Shown: in pieces, positions 50,888-63,218 of the stretch
How the letters are laid out: each line of letters opens with the position of its first letter
How positions within the stretch are numbered: the stretch's first letter is position 1
Position numbers and translations under genes: made by a program
The notes under the pieces: model-generated
The model's input: only the letters and a program-made list of their open reading frames with translations
Told to the model about the DNA's origin: nothing
Database searches by the model: none
Source: Squalus acanthias
Taxonomy: Eukaryota
Assembly: GCA_030390025.1 (NCBI GenBank)
Contig: JASTWF010000036.1
Coordinates: 3,598,001-3,662,000 of the forward strand
Direction: 5' to 3'
Length of the DNA stretch: 64,000 bases

Positions 50888-52259
50888 AGTGTCTATTCCT
50901 AGAAGCATAGGTCAGTTACCAAGCTGTTCTGCATGCCTCCTGGTACTAGCCAGTGGCAATATTAGCACTGGTCTAGGAATTGGCTAGAACCTGTCAGAGA
51001 ACCAGAGAGATTTACAGTACAGCAGGTGGCCTTCAGCCCATCGTGCCATCAAATCTTACAGCACAGGAGGCCATTCAGCCCATCGTATCTGTGCTGGTTC
51101 TTTGCTAGAGCAAATCCTAAACTAATCCCACTGCCCTGCTCTCCCCAATAGCCCTGGATCTTCCTCTCGCTTATCCAAATTTTCCTTTACAGGATGCAAT
51201 GATCTCTCCCTCAACCGCTCCACGCGGCAATCGATTCCGTGCTCCAACAACCGTCTGCTGAAGAGCTTTCTCCTACCTTTGCTCGTCACGGTGACTAAAC
51301 TGCTGACCCCGTGACTCTCCAATCAGAGGAGAGAGCAAACCAGGCAAGACTATCAAAACACTTGGAAATAGTCCCTGTATCTTAAGCCTCTCCTCAGGAC
51401 TCTCGTCACAGGAGGGGCCCTGCCCGAGGGGAAACCATCAAAGAGGAAGAAAACACACTCGAGTAAGCAGCCTAAAAAAGATCCAGCTATGGGAACTACT
51501 CCATCCAAATCCAGAGAGGAAGGTTTCCCTCTGCACACTACATAGTAAAAATCAGAAATCCATCCTTTACAAATAGGATTACAATTTAACTACACAAGAT
51601 CAGAGGAAATCCTCCCTTGCTAATATTCAATTCAGCTTGTGTTTATTTTATTTGTTCATGGGATGTGGGCATTGCTGGCAAGGCCAGCATTTATTACCCA
51701 TCCCTAGTTGCCCTCGAGGTGGTGAGCCACCTTCTTGAACCACAGAGGGCAGTTAAGAGTCAACCACATTGCTGTGGGTCTGGAGTCACATATAGGCCAG
51801 ACCGGGTAAGGACAGCAGATTTCCTTCCCTGATGCTAGTTTTTTTTTTAAAATTCCAGATTTATTTAATTGAATTTACCCCCGTCGCCAGATCATTAGTC
51901 CAGGCCTCTGGATTACTAGTCCAGTAACAGAACCACTATGCTACCGTTCCCCAGTGTAGGTTTGGTTGTCCCATTTCAGGTTCTCGGTTGGGTAGATGTT
52001 CGAAGGGTGGAGAGATAAGTAGTAGAATCAAGGAAAGGAAGATGGTTATACCGGTTAGATCCTGTGTCATTCTGAACAAGATATGTAACCCTGAAGAGAT
52101 CTTTGGCCTCATCACTCCAGTTAGAGGAAGTAGCTAAACTGACTGAAAACAGCCAGGTAGAGGGATATGAAAACTGCTATAGTGCTGGCTGTTAATTTTG
52201 CTTCACTCATCCATTGGTCAGTTAGACCTTCACAGCAACTGTAGAATTTTTGTTCTTAC

Positions 52260-52343
52260 CTGGAATAAGGCAATACCAAGAGCCACGCCTGCTACAATCA
52301 CAATGTTGTTTTTAAGCCACTCGTTGATAACGTTCACACAACC
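52260..52343 (-). CDS. CD63: CD63 coding exon (end of EC2, start of TM4), 84 bp
   Basis: Encodes GCVNVINEWLKNNIVIVAGVALGIALFQ. Acceptor cctctttttatatag, donor CAG|gtaaga. Confidence 0.95.
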
Positions 52344-53662
52344 CTATATAAAAAGAGGTGGGAGGGGAGATTAAACAGAGTAGGTTACTGAATGGCAAAG
52401 AAGTGGATTCGAAAATAGAGGGGAAATTACCACATTGCACACAAACTATTAGCAAGGCTGCAGAACAAGGTGAATGTAACTTCTCCCAAGGTACCTGGGC
52501 AGTTTCAAGATTTTCCCAGCCTTAAAGCAAGAGTCCCAAAATGCTTTTTTGAAAGGGTTAGATAGCAGTACATTTCACACATGTGCAGGGAGGGTCAGCA
52601 ATGGTGACCCAAATTTTGTTCCAATAGTGCCTTCAGGTAGAAGGAAGATGACTCAACCCGAGAAAGAGTCAACTCAACAGCTACACCAATCTTAAGCCAA
52701 GCCCCCGCAATGCCCACCCCAGGATGGTTAGAACCTGCTGGAGGGGCTACAGGCAATCAGTGCTCTCGTTTTTCTGGACTTGCCCCCTTGGCCATCACAG
52801 CAGAAGAATGAAGTCCACCGAGAGTGTCTTCATTTTGCTCAACCTTTTAAAAAATTTATTCTTAGGATGTGGGCGTCGCTGGCAAGACCAGCATTTATTC
52901 CCCATCTCCCAAGTTCAATGGAATGGTTTGCTAGTGCGCTTTCGAGGTCAGTTAAGAGTCAACTACATGTGGGACTAGAGTCACAAACAAGACCGGTCCA
53001 GGTAAGGACGGCAGGTATCCTTTGCTAAAAAAAAACATTAGTGAACCAGTTGGGTTTTTAAACGACAATCGGACAGCTTCGTGGTCACTTTTACGGATAG
53101 CTTTTTATTTCCAGATTTTTATTAAAATTAACAAATTCTCAAACTGCCATGATGGGATATGAACTCACGTGCTCTGGATTAGTGCAGGTTTCCAGATGAC
53201 TAATCCAGTACATAACCACTACACTACCATATCCAAGCACTCAACCTGCTCCATCACCCACTTGGCTTCCTATTGTGTACCTTCTGGCTGGACCGCCTGC
53301 TGCGGCAAATGACTGGTAAAGGGGAGGAATATTCCAGCCACACGGTTGGCCTCATCAGTTTGTGCGATGCATGGATTCACAAGCTGTGGCAAACCATGTT
53401 CATCAGCCAGAAGCAAGGTACGTTCTGATGGGCACCAAGGGCTCCCTTGCCAATGGGCTTTGCAATGCTACGCCTCCCTACCACACCAACTCTACCGAAC
53501 CTTCCCAGCAGGGCAGGTCAGGGCCTGTGCCAGCAACAATCCAAGGGATCAGTTTCTCCACCACTGTATCTCTCCCCTTAGGCTGCGCAGTTGCAGCCTC
53601 CCTCCGCGAGCGGGGGCAGCTCCGTTCTCCTCTCGCCACCGTCTTGTGGGCACCTACACGCA

Positions 53663-54208
53663 AGTCATAGAGGCATAACGGCACAGAAGGAGGCAATTCG
53701 GCCCATCGAGTCCGTGCCAGCTCTCTGTAGAACAATCCAGTCAGTCCCATTCCCCCGCTCTATCCCCGTAGCCCTGCAAGTTTATTTCCCCCAAGTGCCT
53801 ATCCAGTCTCGCCTTGAAAACATTGAGTGTCTCCGCTTCCACCACTTCCGTCGGCAGCGAGTTCCAGGTCCTCACCACTCGCTGCGTAAAAAAGGTTTCT
53901 CCTCACATCCCCCCTGTATCTCTTGCCCAAAACCTTAAATCTGTGTCCCCTAGTCCTTGTACCATCAACTAGTGGGAACAGCCTTTCCCCGTCCAGCCTA
54001 TCCAAACCCGTCATAATCTTGTACACCTCAATCAAATCACCCCTCAACCTCCTTTGCCCTAATGAAAACAAATCCAGCTTTTCCAACTCGTCCCTGTAGC
54101 TAAGATCCCCCATCCCTGGAACCATTCTGGTAAATCTCCTCTGCACCCTCTCAAGGGCCTTCACATCCTTCCGAAAGTGCGGTGACCAGAACTGGACGCA
54201 ATACTTCA
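53663..54208 (-). mobile_element. Young CR1 3' fragment ~57 bp from a CD63 splice donor
   Basis: ORF 53799-54164. Confidence 0.9.
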
Positions 54209-54264
54209 GTCTTCAAATTAGTGTGTTTGGAGTGAAAGATGAAGAGTCGTGAACGGATACTCAC

Positions 54265-54396
54265 CGCCTCGTATATGTTGCTAGAACGAGTGTCCCTCCC
54301 ACACCCTTTAGTGACATTCTTACAACAGGAATCTGGCACTGTATTGTTCAATTGTGGGAACCAGTCCTTGTACTGGCCACTACCACAGCAGTGAAA
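54265..54396 (-). CDS. CD63: CD63 coding exon (EC2 CCG and PxSCC motifs), 132 bp
   Basis: Encodes FHCCGSGQYKDWFPQLNNTVPDSCCKNVTKGCGRDTRSSNIYEA. Acceptor tttcctcctcag, donor GCG|gtgagt. Confidence 0.95.
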
Positions 54397-55024
54397 CTGA
54401 GGAGGAAACAAAACACACATTCAAGTGAGTTAATGCGGGTTATACCTACAGATCGCAGAGGGCAAGGTCAAGTGTGGCAACTTGTGTACCAAAAAATGGC
54501 TGTGTTCAGTTAGTAGGATTTCTTTTTTGGGGGGGGGGGGGGGGGGGGGGGGGGCGCAGTTGGGGAATAATTCTCAAACTGCTGCAGTGGGATTTGAACT
54601 CACATTCTCTGGATTATTAGTCCAGGTCCCTGGGTTACCAGTCCAGTAACAGAACTTGCTCAGAAGTTTCTGCAGAAAATTTGAAGGGACTTAGAAATGC
54701 AAATAAAGTCAGCAGTTTTGGGAGCTTCGATACATCACTGAAGGAGCCAAGGTGATCAGAATTCATCTCCACACTGCTCACACTCCCCAAGTTGCATGCT
54801 GGTCCATAAATGAATAAAGAACAGTCTAAGGAAGATTGTAAAGTGCTCACCCGGAACTGCTGTCAAATGTATAAATACATGGGGGGAAAAAAGGGGCACA
54901 CCACACTACTGTATCACATATGGAGAAACCTCGTTAAAAAAGGTACAGCTTTTCATTTTTACTGAAAACAATGCTCCTTTTAAATTTGCCGTCAATTCCC
55001 CGCTTTATGAAACTTAAGGTCAAA

Positions 55025-55980
55025 GGGGGAAAAATTGGGTATCGCTCATTTTGGGGCGCTAATATCGGCCAGGCGCAAAGTTCAGCGACCGGCCCTAATT
55101 ATCGCCTCCAACTGCAAAATTCGCCTCCATCGCCCCTGGAGGTGATTTGAGCACTAACTCAGGCGCTACACACCTCTCAAGGCGCTAACATCGGGGAGCG
55201 AGGCGCTACCTCAGAACGCTACCAAAGCTCAGGCGATGTCCGTTACCATGGAAGCCAGACAGACTGGCGCTGTCCAGTTCTTAAAGGGGAGGGGCCATCT
55301 TTCTAGACACAAAAGGCATCAAGGGGTATGGGGAGAGAGCAGGAATATGGTATTGAGATAGAGGATCAGCCATGATCATATTGAATGGCGGAGCAGACTT
55401 GAAGGGCCGAATGGCCTACTCCTGCTCCTATTTTTCTGTGTTTCTGGCCAACCATACCCTGCTCATTGCAGCCTTGAATCTCGGCCTGGAGAGACCTCAA
55501 AAGCAATTGTGTTGGAAGCACTAATGGATAGGCCCAGGGAAAGAGCTCGGCACTTAGGAACCTCAAAAGTGGTGCTGAGGGCCAAAACTCCTTAGGACAG
55601 CATTAAATCTCTCCAGACGTCTCTCTCCCTCTCAACCTGCGCGTACCAAAAATTTTTGCAGACAAGGAAAGGCAGGAACCGCCCGCCTTTAAATAGCGCT
55701 CCCCCAGCCCCTTCCCGACGTTCCCCTCTACTTGTTCCTAGCGGCAGGCGCTAAGGCAGGGGGGGCGCGACTCAATATCCGGTCCGAGGCGCTACCGGGG
55801 CAGTGCACGCTCGACTGACATCGTGATCTGCGGGCGCAGGAGATCGTGGCGATAGTGTTTAGCGCCACCGCAAAACGACTGGTCAATTTCGCGAGCGGCG
55901 CTAAAATTGCCGCACTCAGGCGCAAAGTTCCTAGCGCCCCCCCCCCCTCCCAGAGGCGCTAACCAAACGAATTTTCCCCC
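55025..55980. mobile_element. Harbinger-type MITE containing a CR1 3' tail (55298-55443)
   Basis: TIR GGGGGAAAAATT / AATTTTCCCCC, flanked by (c)aaa on both sides. Confidence 0.75.
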
Positions 55981-56009
55981 CAAAGATTCTTCAAGAAGTC
56001 TGATCTCAC

Positions 56010-56102
56010 CTGTTCCTGCAAGTTGTCAATGTTCTTGGCATTTGCTGACTCGTTGTAATTCCTCATGGTCTCATTAAACGACTTCTCAAAGGCATCACGA
56101 AT
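56010..56102 (-). CDS. CD63: CD63 coding exon (EC2 helices A/B), 93 bp
   Basis: Encodes IRDAFEKSFNETMRNYNESANAKNIDNLQEQ. Acceptor ccctccatcgacag, donor CAG|gtgaga. Confidence 0.93.
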
Positions 56103-56811
56103 CTGTCGATGGAGGGGGGAAAAAAATTTCAACAATGAAATTTTTTTTTTTAAAGTCAGTACAACACAAAAACTTAAACCGCACAACAGATTGATGCAAG
56201 CCCTCAAATTTCAGGCAGTTATGACAGACATTGAACAAGGGTTCGATGCTCGCATTAAATCACATGCACAGCGATCCCACGCACTGTGCCGTTGCTCAGG
56301 TGTCCAAGGACGCTAACTAGAGAAGGCAACAAAGCATCGGCATGTTCCCTTGGAACTTTTCGTTCATTCTTTATGGAATACATCCCTCTTCGATAGAACA
56401 GATTGCCCCCATTTTGACTTGCTCCCAGAGCATTCCCCCAAACCATCCCAATACAAGTGAATCATCTAAAATTCATATTAAAAGTCACAAGTGGCTTGTA
56501 TTCACTGCAACATTTGAAACTATAAGCTTCAGTTTGGGCTTCCTAGGTTATGGAGATGATGTAACCTATGGGTATTTGGAGTCTGCAGCCTGGATTATCC
56601 AATTGCAGTTAAGCCATTTAAAATAAATGGGTTCCCCATCAATATTAAGTAACGTTGATCAGAAAATCCACACCAATAACTCAAACCGAACAGCACAATG
56701 AAACATTACAATTTGGACTGGATGAAGAAGTGTGCACAAGTTTTGTGTTAGTCATTTTCAATCTTCTACCCTGCCTCAACCATATCTGGAGTACAGTTTC
56801 CTACATAGTCA

Positions 56812-57205
56812 ACTTGACCCAGTTGGTAGCATTCTTACCTCAGTCAGAAGATTGCGGGTACAAGTCCCACTCCAGCGACTTCAGCACAATCTCGACAGAC
56901 ACTTCCAATGTAGTACTGAGAGAGTGCTACATTGTCAGAGGCACCATCTGTTGGCTGAGATACTAAGCCAAGACCCTGCATGTCTGTGCTGGTGGTTCAG
57001 GTGGATGTTGAAGCTCCTACAGTGCTGTGGGAGTTCTCCTGGCCAACATTCCTCCCTTAACCAAGTGTCAAACACAGATTAACTGGTCATTCAGCCAATT
57101 GGCCATTTGTGGGACCATCGCTGGGTGCAAATTGGCTGCTGCATTGACCCAACGAAGTAACGCATTGGAGAGATGCTTTGGAACATCCCGAAGCTTTATA
57201 TCAAT
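56812..57205 (+). mobile_element. Old Deu-domain SINE
   Basis: Diverged homolog of 45858-46305. Confidence 0.65.
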
Positions 57206-58529
57206 GAAAGTTCTCTCTTATGGGACAGTTTAGCGTACACACCTCTCTGTGGAGGCTCGAATAACCCAAGACTGCTGTCCTTACCATAAGCCAGGTCTTC
57301 CCTGGGTTGAGAGTTTTCTCTCTTTATCCCAGATTCCCCATCCCAAATGGTCAGACTTGCAAGAATAAAACAGTGAATGTCAGACCAAACCTGGTGCGGG
57401 AAACTAAAATCAGGAGAACATGCCAACCAAGCCGAATTCGGTCCTTAGATGACCACATACATGTGTGCGCGCGTGTGGTGGGGGTGGAAAGAGAAGAGGG
57501 GGAAAAACACAATAGAAAAAAAAGGGAGCAGGAGCCTGGGCTGAATTTTCCTCTCCAAGAACAGAGGTCAATTGCAATGCTGCAAGACCACCCCTGCGAA
57601 GCTCAAGATCAGAAAGCTCAGCAGGGACTGGGGAATTGATCATGGAACCTCCTCAGCCTGAATGATTGAGTGCTGTGCAATACATTCACTTACCTATCGG
57701 GCCAAACCAGCCCCCTCTCCTCTTCATGGGAAACTCAAATATGATTAGCTGAAAATGGGAAGGCCAACTCTGCTGTCCCAGTAGCATTTGCTCTGCTACT
57801 TTCCTTTTCCCCCCCTCCCCCAACTGTAAGGAAACGGTTAAAAACTAAAGTTAATATCAAGAATTTAAGTGAGTTTCTATTAGCAATGTCCAATTAGTAA
57901 AGGGGATGCTGGTCAGACAGTGTTTTAGCTGCCAAGGAGAGGCCACACAACTGTCCCAGTTAGCTCCAGCCCTGAAAAGGCATCTCCCATAGATCTGAAA
58001 AATGAGTGAGCGAGTCAGGCTTGGGGAATTCAAACTGAAGTCCAGTTAATTGGACAAGGTGACACTTTGAAACATGTGGCTTCTCACGTAGCTAGAGTGA
58101 AAGAAAGGTTTATAAAGAGGGGTGTTAGAATAGATACTTGAGAATTCGACAAGGTTGATCAGACGTTCCTCTCGAGCTCGAAACCGGTGACGCAGTGAAT
58201 TCTTGCATTGCAAGTGTGACCCTGCTTTTGTGTAATTATTAATAATCATTGTATATATGAGAGATTATTGGTAATAAGTTAACATTGTATACTTAATTTG
58301 TACGAGTGCCAAAAAATGCCTTTGAACCCTATTGTCTTGTGGAATAACAAACTTATAAGGACATCCATTCCCGAACAAAACGTTAGCATCAAGAGAGATA
58401 AACACAATCTGGCTTCTCATTCAAGGACAATAGCCGACGTCAGGCAATTTTACAAAGCTCGGCTTTGTATAACAAAACGCATCCACAAAGACAGCAGTTT
58501 TCCCAAAGATGTGACAATGCACTACTCAC

Positions 58530-58604
58530 TTGGTCCTTGAAAACATAACCAGCAATGGCAGCAGCAATTTCCACAAGGAAGATGATGATCAGTAGCACTG
58601 CAAA
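58530..58604 (-). CDS. CD63: CD63 coding exon (TM3), 75 bp
   Basis: Encodes FAVLLIIIFLVEIAAAIAGYVFKDQ. Acceptor ctttttgtctctttag, donor CAA|gtgagt. Too short for the ORF track; read manually. Confidence 0.95.
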
Positions 58605-58772
58605 CTAAAGAGACAAAAAGCTCACATTTCACCAGCAAAGGATTTTGGATTGGCTCCCTAATCGCATGACAAATTTGTTTTCAGACAGAGCAGGGAGAGA
58701 GAAACAATTACTATTATACGAATCACTGGTGGACTGCAATAGTGGACAGGAAGTTATACTGTCGAACTCGAG

Positions 58773-59213
58773 ATGCTCGACACCATCCAGGACAAAGCAG
58801 CCCGCTTGATTGGCACCCCCATCCACCACCTTAAACATTCACTCCCTCCACCACCGGCGTACCGTGGCTGCAGTGTACACCATCTACAAGATGCACTGCA
58901 ACAACTCGCCAAGGCTTCTTCGGCAGCACCTCCCAAACCCGCGACCTCTTCCACCTAGAAGGACAAGGGCAGCAGGCGCACGGGAACACCACCACCTCCA
59001 AGTCACACACCATCCTGACTTGGAAGTAGATCGGCCATTCCTTCATCGTCGCTGGGTCAAAATCCTGGCACTCCCTCCCTAACAGCACTGTGGGAGCACC
59101 TTCACCACACGGACTGCAGTGGTTCAAGGCGGCGGCTCACCACCACCTTCAAGGGCAACTAGGGATGGGCAATAAATGCTGGCCTTGCCAGCGACGCCCA
59201 CATCCCATAAAAA
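58773..59213 (+). mobile_element. CR1-group LINE 3' fragment
   Basis: LDTIQDKAARLIG; homologous to 50340-50887. Confidence 0.85.
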
Positions 59214-60468
59214 CAAATTAACATTTCATGCACAATTAACTCCTACAATGCGGAGACACAGCCAAATAGTCTACAGTTCACCATTTCCCCCATTTATAAC
59301 TACACCAAAAAGTGCCGTCGTCACATCTCGGAAGCAGCATCTTACACACCAGAGTATGTATTGGATTTTTATGAAGATATCAATGGGTAGCTGAACAAAA
59401 AAAAGTTAAAAATGAGAAGCCTGCTGGGATGCTCAGGATCCCAGGTGACCACAAAACCAAGAGAAGTCAACCACCAACGGGTGGAAAACAATCCCAGATT
59501 TAGACCAGCGACATCACAGAAGGAATGCAGAATGGTGCTCCCAAAGCAAGCTGGCATTGGCAACAGTGCACAGAAGCTCGTCACTGGGCCGTCACCATCA
59601 CCACAAGGTCATCTCCATGACGACAGTCACCTTGGCAACTGCAGTTTACCATGCCCGAGCAGCTCAACCATCCCTCCCCTAATTTTTGGGGGGTGCAGGG
59701 AGAGGAGAGGAAAAAAAAATATATAAATTGCCATTGAATCAAATTTATAGTACCATAGAATGATACACGGGAGGAGGCCATTCAGCCCTTCCTGCCTGTG
59801 CCGGCTCTATGAAAGAGCTTTGCAATTGCCTTCTCTAAGTGTTTGAATATCTCGCCCAAGGACTTATGAACTCCTCTTCCACCGTGGGACACGCATATCT
59901 AAACACCCACCTGGAAACATCAGCATGGTAACAGGCACCCCAATATTTACTAGGAGGAGTACAAGAATGCTGGATTTGGAGGTGCCAATCACACAGTACA
60001 GATAATATGGGGAGGAACCTTCCACTTGTAACCCTTGCCCTACAAGTTAGATGGAAATCTCACTGGAATACACGACGAAATAAAATTGGGAATGCCATGA
60101 AGGAAAGCGGGTATGGTGACCTGCACACGCGGCCCAACAAAGCTGCACTTGGCGGCAGTGTGGAACGTTGCAGAAATTTACCTCAATTAACCAGTCTTTC
60201 CAGACACTGGTATAGAAAGAACAGCACAGAAACAGGCCGCTCGACCCAACCAGTTTGGTGTTCATCCCCCACGAGTAGTCCTAAATCCAGCATTTCCTGT
60301 TTCTACACTAGATTGGGGCTACCTTGGGGGTGGGGGGGGGGGAAAAGGGAGGAGGAAGAGGGGGTGCGACGACGACTGTATAAAAACAAAAAAAGCACCT
60401 CTGAGCCACGACAGATTTACTAACTGGGAAATAGCCCTCTTCCTTCTGAATTGCAGTAGATCTCTTAC

Positions 60469-60657
60469 CGTAGTAACCATGCAGTAGTTCTCCTTCCAGG
60501 CACCACAGCAACCGAAGAAGGCAACAAAGTTGATGACCACTCCGACTATGATGATGACAATGGGAGCTCCAGAGGCAGCGACATTGGTGATGTGCAGTGT
60601 GCCGTTCACCTTAGTCTGGACCAGAATACCAACCACAATGAGTGCAATACCTGAGAT
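60469..60657 (-). CDS. CD63: CD63 tetraspanin, first coding exon visible here (end of TM1, EC1, TM2, start of TM3), 189 bp
   Basis: Encodes ISGIALIVVGILVQTKVNGTLHITNVAASGAPIVIIIVGVVINFVAFFGCCGAWKENYCMVTT with the tetraspanin FxGCCGA motif. Acceptor ctttctcctcttgttccag, donor ACG|gtaaga, phase 0-0. Confidence 0.95.
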
Positions 60658-63218
60658 CTGGAACAAGAGGAGAAAGTAAACGGTTAATACTGATTTTGGG
60701 GGGGGGGGGGGGGGGGGGGGGGAGGAGGTTAAAGGAGAGGAAATCGGCCTGTTTGAAATTTTAAAAAACCTGAAAAGAGAAAGAGGATCACAACATGTTG
60801 GAACACTCCTTCCATCACCGCTTCATGCAAGAGGGTTTACAGCAACTGAACAGTGAATGGGTTAAGAAACATTTACAATGGCCAGGCTGGGGTACAACTG
60901 CACTCGAGCGCATAATAGGAAACCTTTATCAAGACATGAGACAAGTCATTTTCCAATAAGCTGCAGATTGCTCAAGTTTCTGGGGACATCATAAGTGTTC
61001 ACCTTTGGGCATGGTCACCAGATGTCAAGTGCTTACATTGCGCCGGCAGTTACTATCGGAGAACGCGCGCCTACCCTCCAACAAAAACATCAAAATCAGG
61101 TCCTTCAAATAAAAGCTTAAAACGTCGCAAGTACACGCACAGCAAGGGACCTCACCCACTGCCAGTGCATCATTGGAAAAATATCCACAACAGGTAGGGT
61201 TTTCCAATTCTCTTTCCTTCTCTCTTGGAAGGCAACAACATATTCTGAGGTACGGTCCCAACATTCTTCATTTGAAACCTATACAGCAAATGTCAACAGG
61301 CAATTTGTCTCTTGGGTTGAGGGAAAAAGGTCGAAGGGAGGGCAGGAACACAACTAGGACTAATCTCATCTGCACCCCATGTCCACACACATAGCAGGAG
61401 TCACTGGAAGACTAGGCCTTGGCCGATTCCGCATCACCACCAGTCTCGAGACCCACAAGTCCAACTGTAGGGTCGCTACTCCAGCTGAAATCAGCCAACA
61501 CAATCAGCCAAGAAGCAACCCAAGACCCTCCAGACCATGCATTTACCAGCTGAGCCTCTGGGAGAAGCAGATACAGACTTTACTGCCCGGTAATTAACTC
61601 GGAAGGGTTAGAACACAATTGCTATGTGGTTGAAGTATGGATATTGGAATGAGTTGAACTGCTGCCAATATGTAGATGAGGAAAAGCAGTTCCCAACAGC
61701 TCAGTGGCAAGTAGGCTGCCAACATAAGCAAAACCACACAGACCAGAGACAATCCCTGGTCTACGTTTGAGATAGCTGATCTCATCTGCATCATAAATAC
61801 AGTTGACCTCTGCCCCAAAGGGGAATTTTTTCCAACCAGTTTGAGTTCCCACTTCTGATTATCCAGCATCTTCTGCTGGAAAATGCCACCCCGACAGGAC
61901 CAGGATGGACAATGACTCCCTGAGCAGTAAATTCTCCTGCCAACACTCACCAACGAGGCTCACCCATGAAGAATGGCCAATTGAGCAAGGTACCAGATGG
62001 CAGTTGGGGGCAGGGGAAGAAATTTCTGGGGACATCATAAGTGTTCACCTTTGGGCATGGTCACCAGATGTCAAGTGCTTTCACTCCCAAGAAATCCACA
62101 CAAGAGTAGATCGGTTTGCTTCACTCCCGGACTGTGTTGGGACAGTTGTAGCGAGCCAGAGGACAAAAGCAAAATATTTCAAATTTCCAGCATCCACATT
62201 AACAGAAAAAGCTGGAAACACTCAGCAGATCAGGCAGCATTTGTGGAGAGAAAAACAGAGTTAACCTTTCAGATCGATAACCTTTCTTCGGAAAGAGGAC
62301 CTCATTTTCCACTACTCGATGGTTGTTCTTGGGACCCAAGAAATGTCTGGTCTTAGATGTCAGAAACATGGCCATTTGCCTCCTTTGTATTGTTGAAAGT
62401 AGTAATGTACTACTGCAGCCATACTATTCAGATAAGAAACGTCCTTAGACACTGTTCAGGACATTCAAACCCTTCAAATTACTGCCGTGTAATCGTGCCC
62501 ATGAATCCATTTATTCTCTATGGAAGACATTCAGCAGGAAAGCACTACATCAAAAACAATGAATCACCAAAGAGGAGCATCTCATTAAACATAGTTAAAC
62601 ATAGTTACTCATGCCCAGTGGGATTGAAGACGCCAATTAAACCACATTAGCAGATGAGCTGAAGGCTAAACAAAAAATGCACAACTGAGTTTGGAAATTG
62701 TTTTTCAACTCTCTCATTGAGGGCACTTCAAGATTTACTGAATCTTTGAAAAACACTGCGTCAAAAGGCAAATTAGGACAGCTCCTTCCAGCAGTCCTCA
62801 GCAAGATCAAACGTTGCCACATCCTACAGTATCGCAACATTGTGTGCGATGCCGCACACAAAAAACATTCAAATGCAGATAACGCAGGATCAAGAGGATG
62901 CTTCATTTAAACGGAAAACATTTTACGGGGGCAGAATGAAGATTTTAAGGATTCAATCGCCAGTTTCTGAACAGCTCTCAGCACAACGTGGAACATGGAG
63001 AGGATTTAATGTTACAGTCGCACTCTCACCTCCGAGTCAGAAGGTTGTGGGTTCAAGTCCCACTCCAGAGACTTGAGCACAAAAATCAAGGCTGACTCTT
63101 AATGCAGTACTGAGGGCACGCTGCACTGTCACAGGTACTGCATTTCAGACGAGAAGTTACACCAAGGCCCCATCTGCCCCCTCAGGTGGATTTAGATGAT
63201 CCCATGGCACTATTTGAA

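Noticed and set aside
61594..61953. Hydrophobic ORF resembling a membrane protein
   Set aside because: No recognisable family and no convincing splice sites; overlaps decayed SINE sequence.
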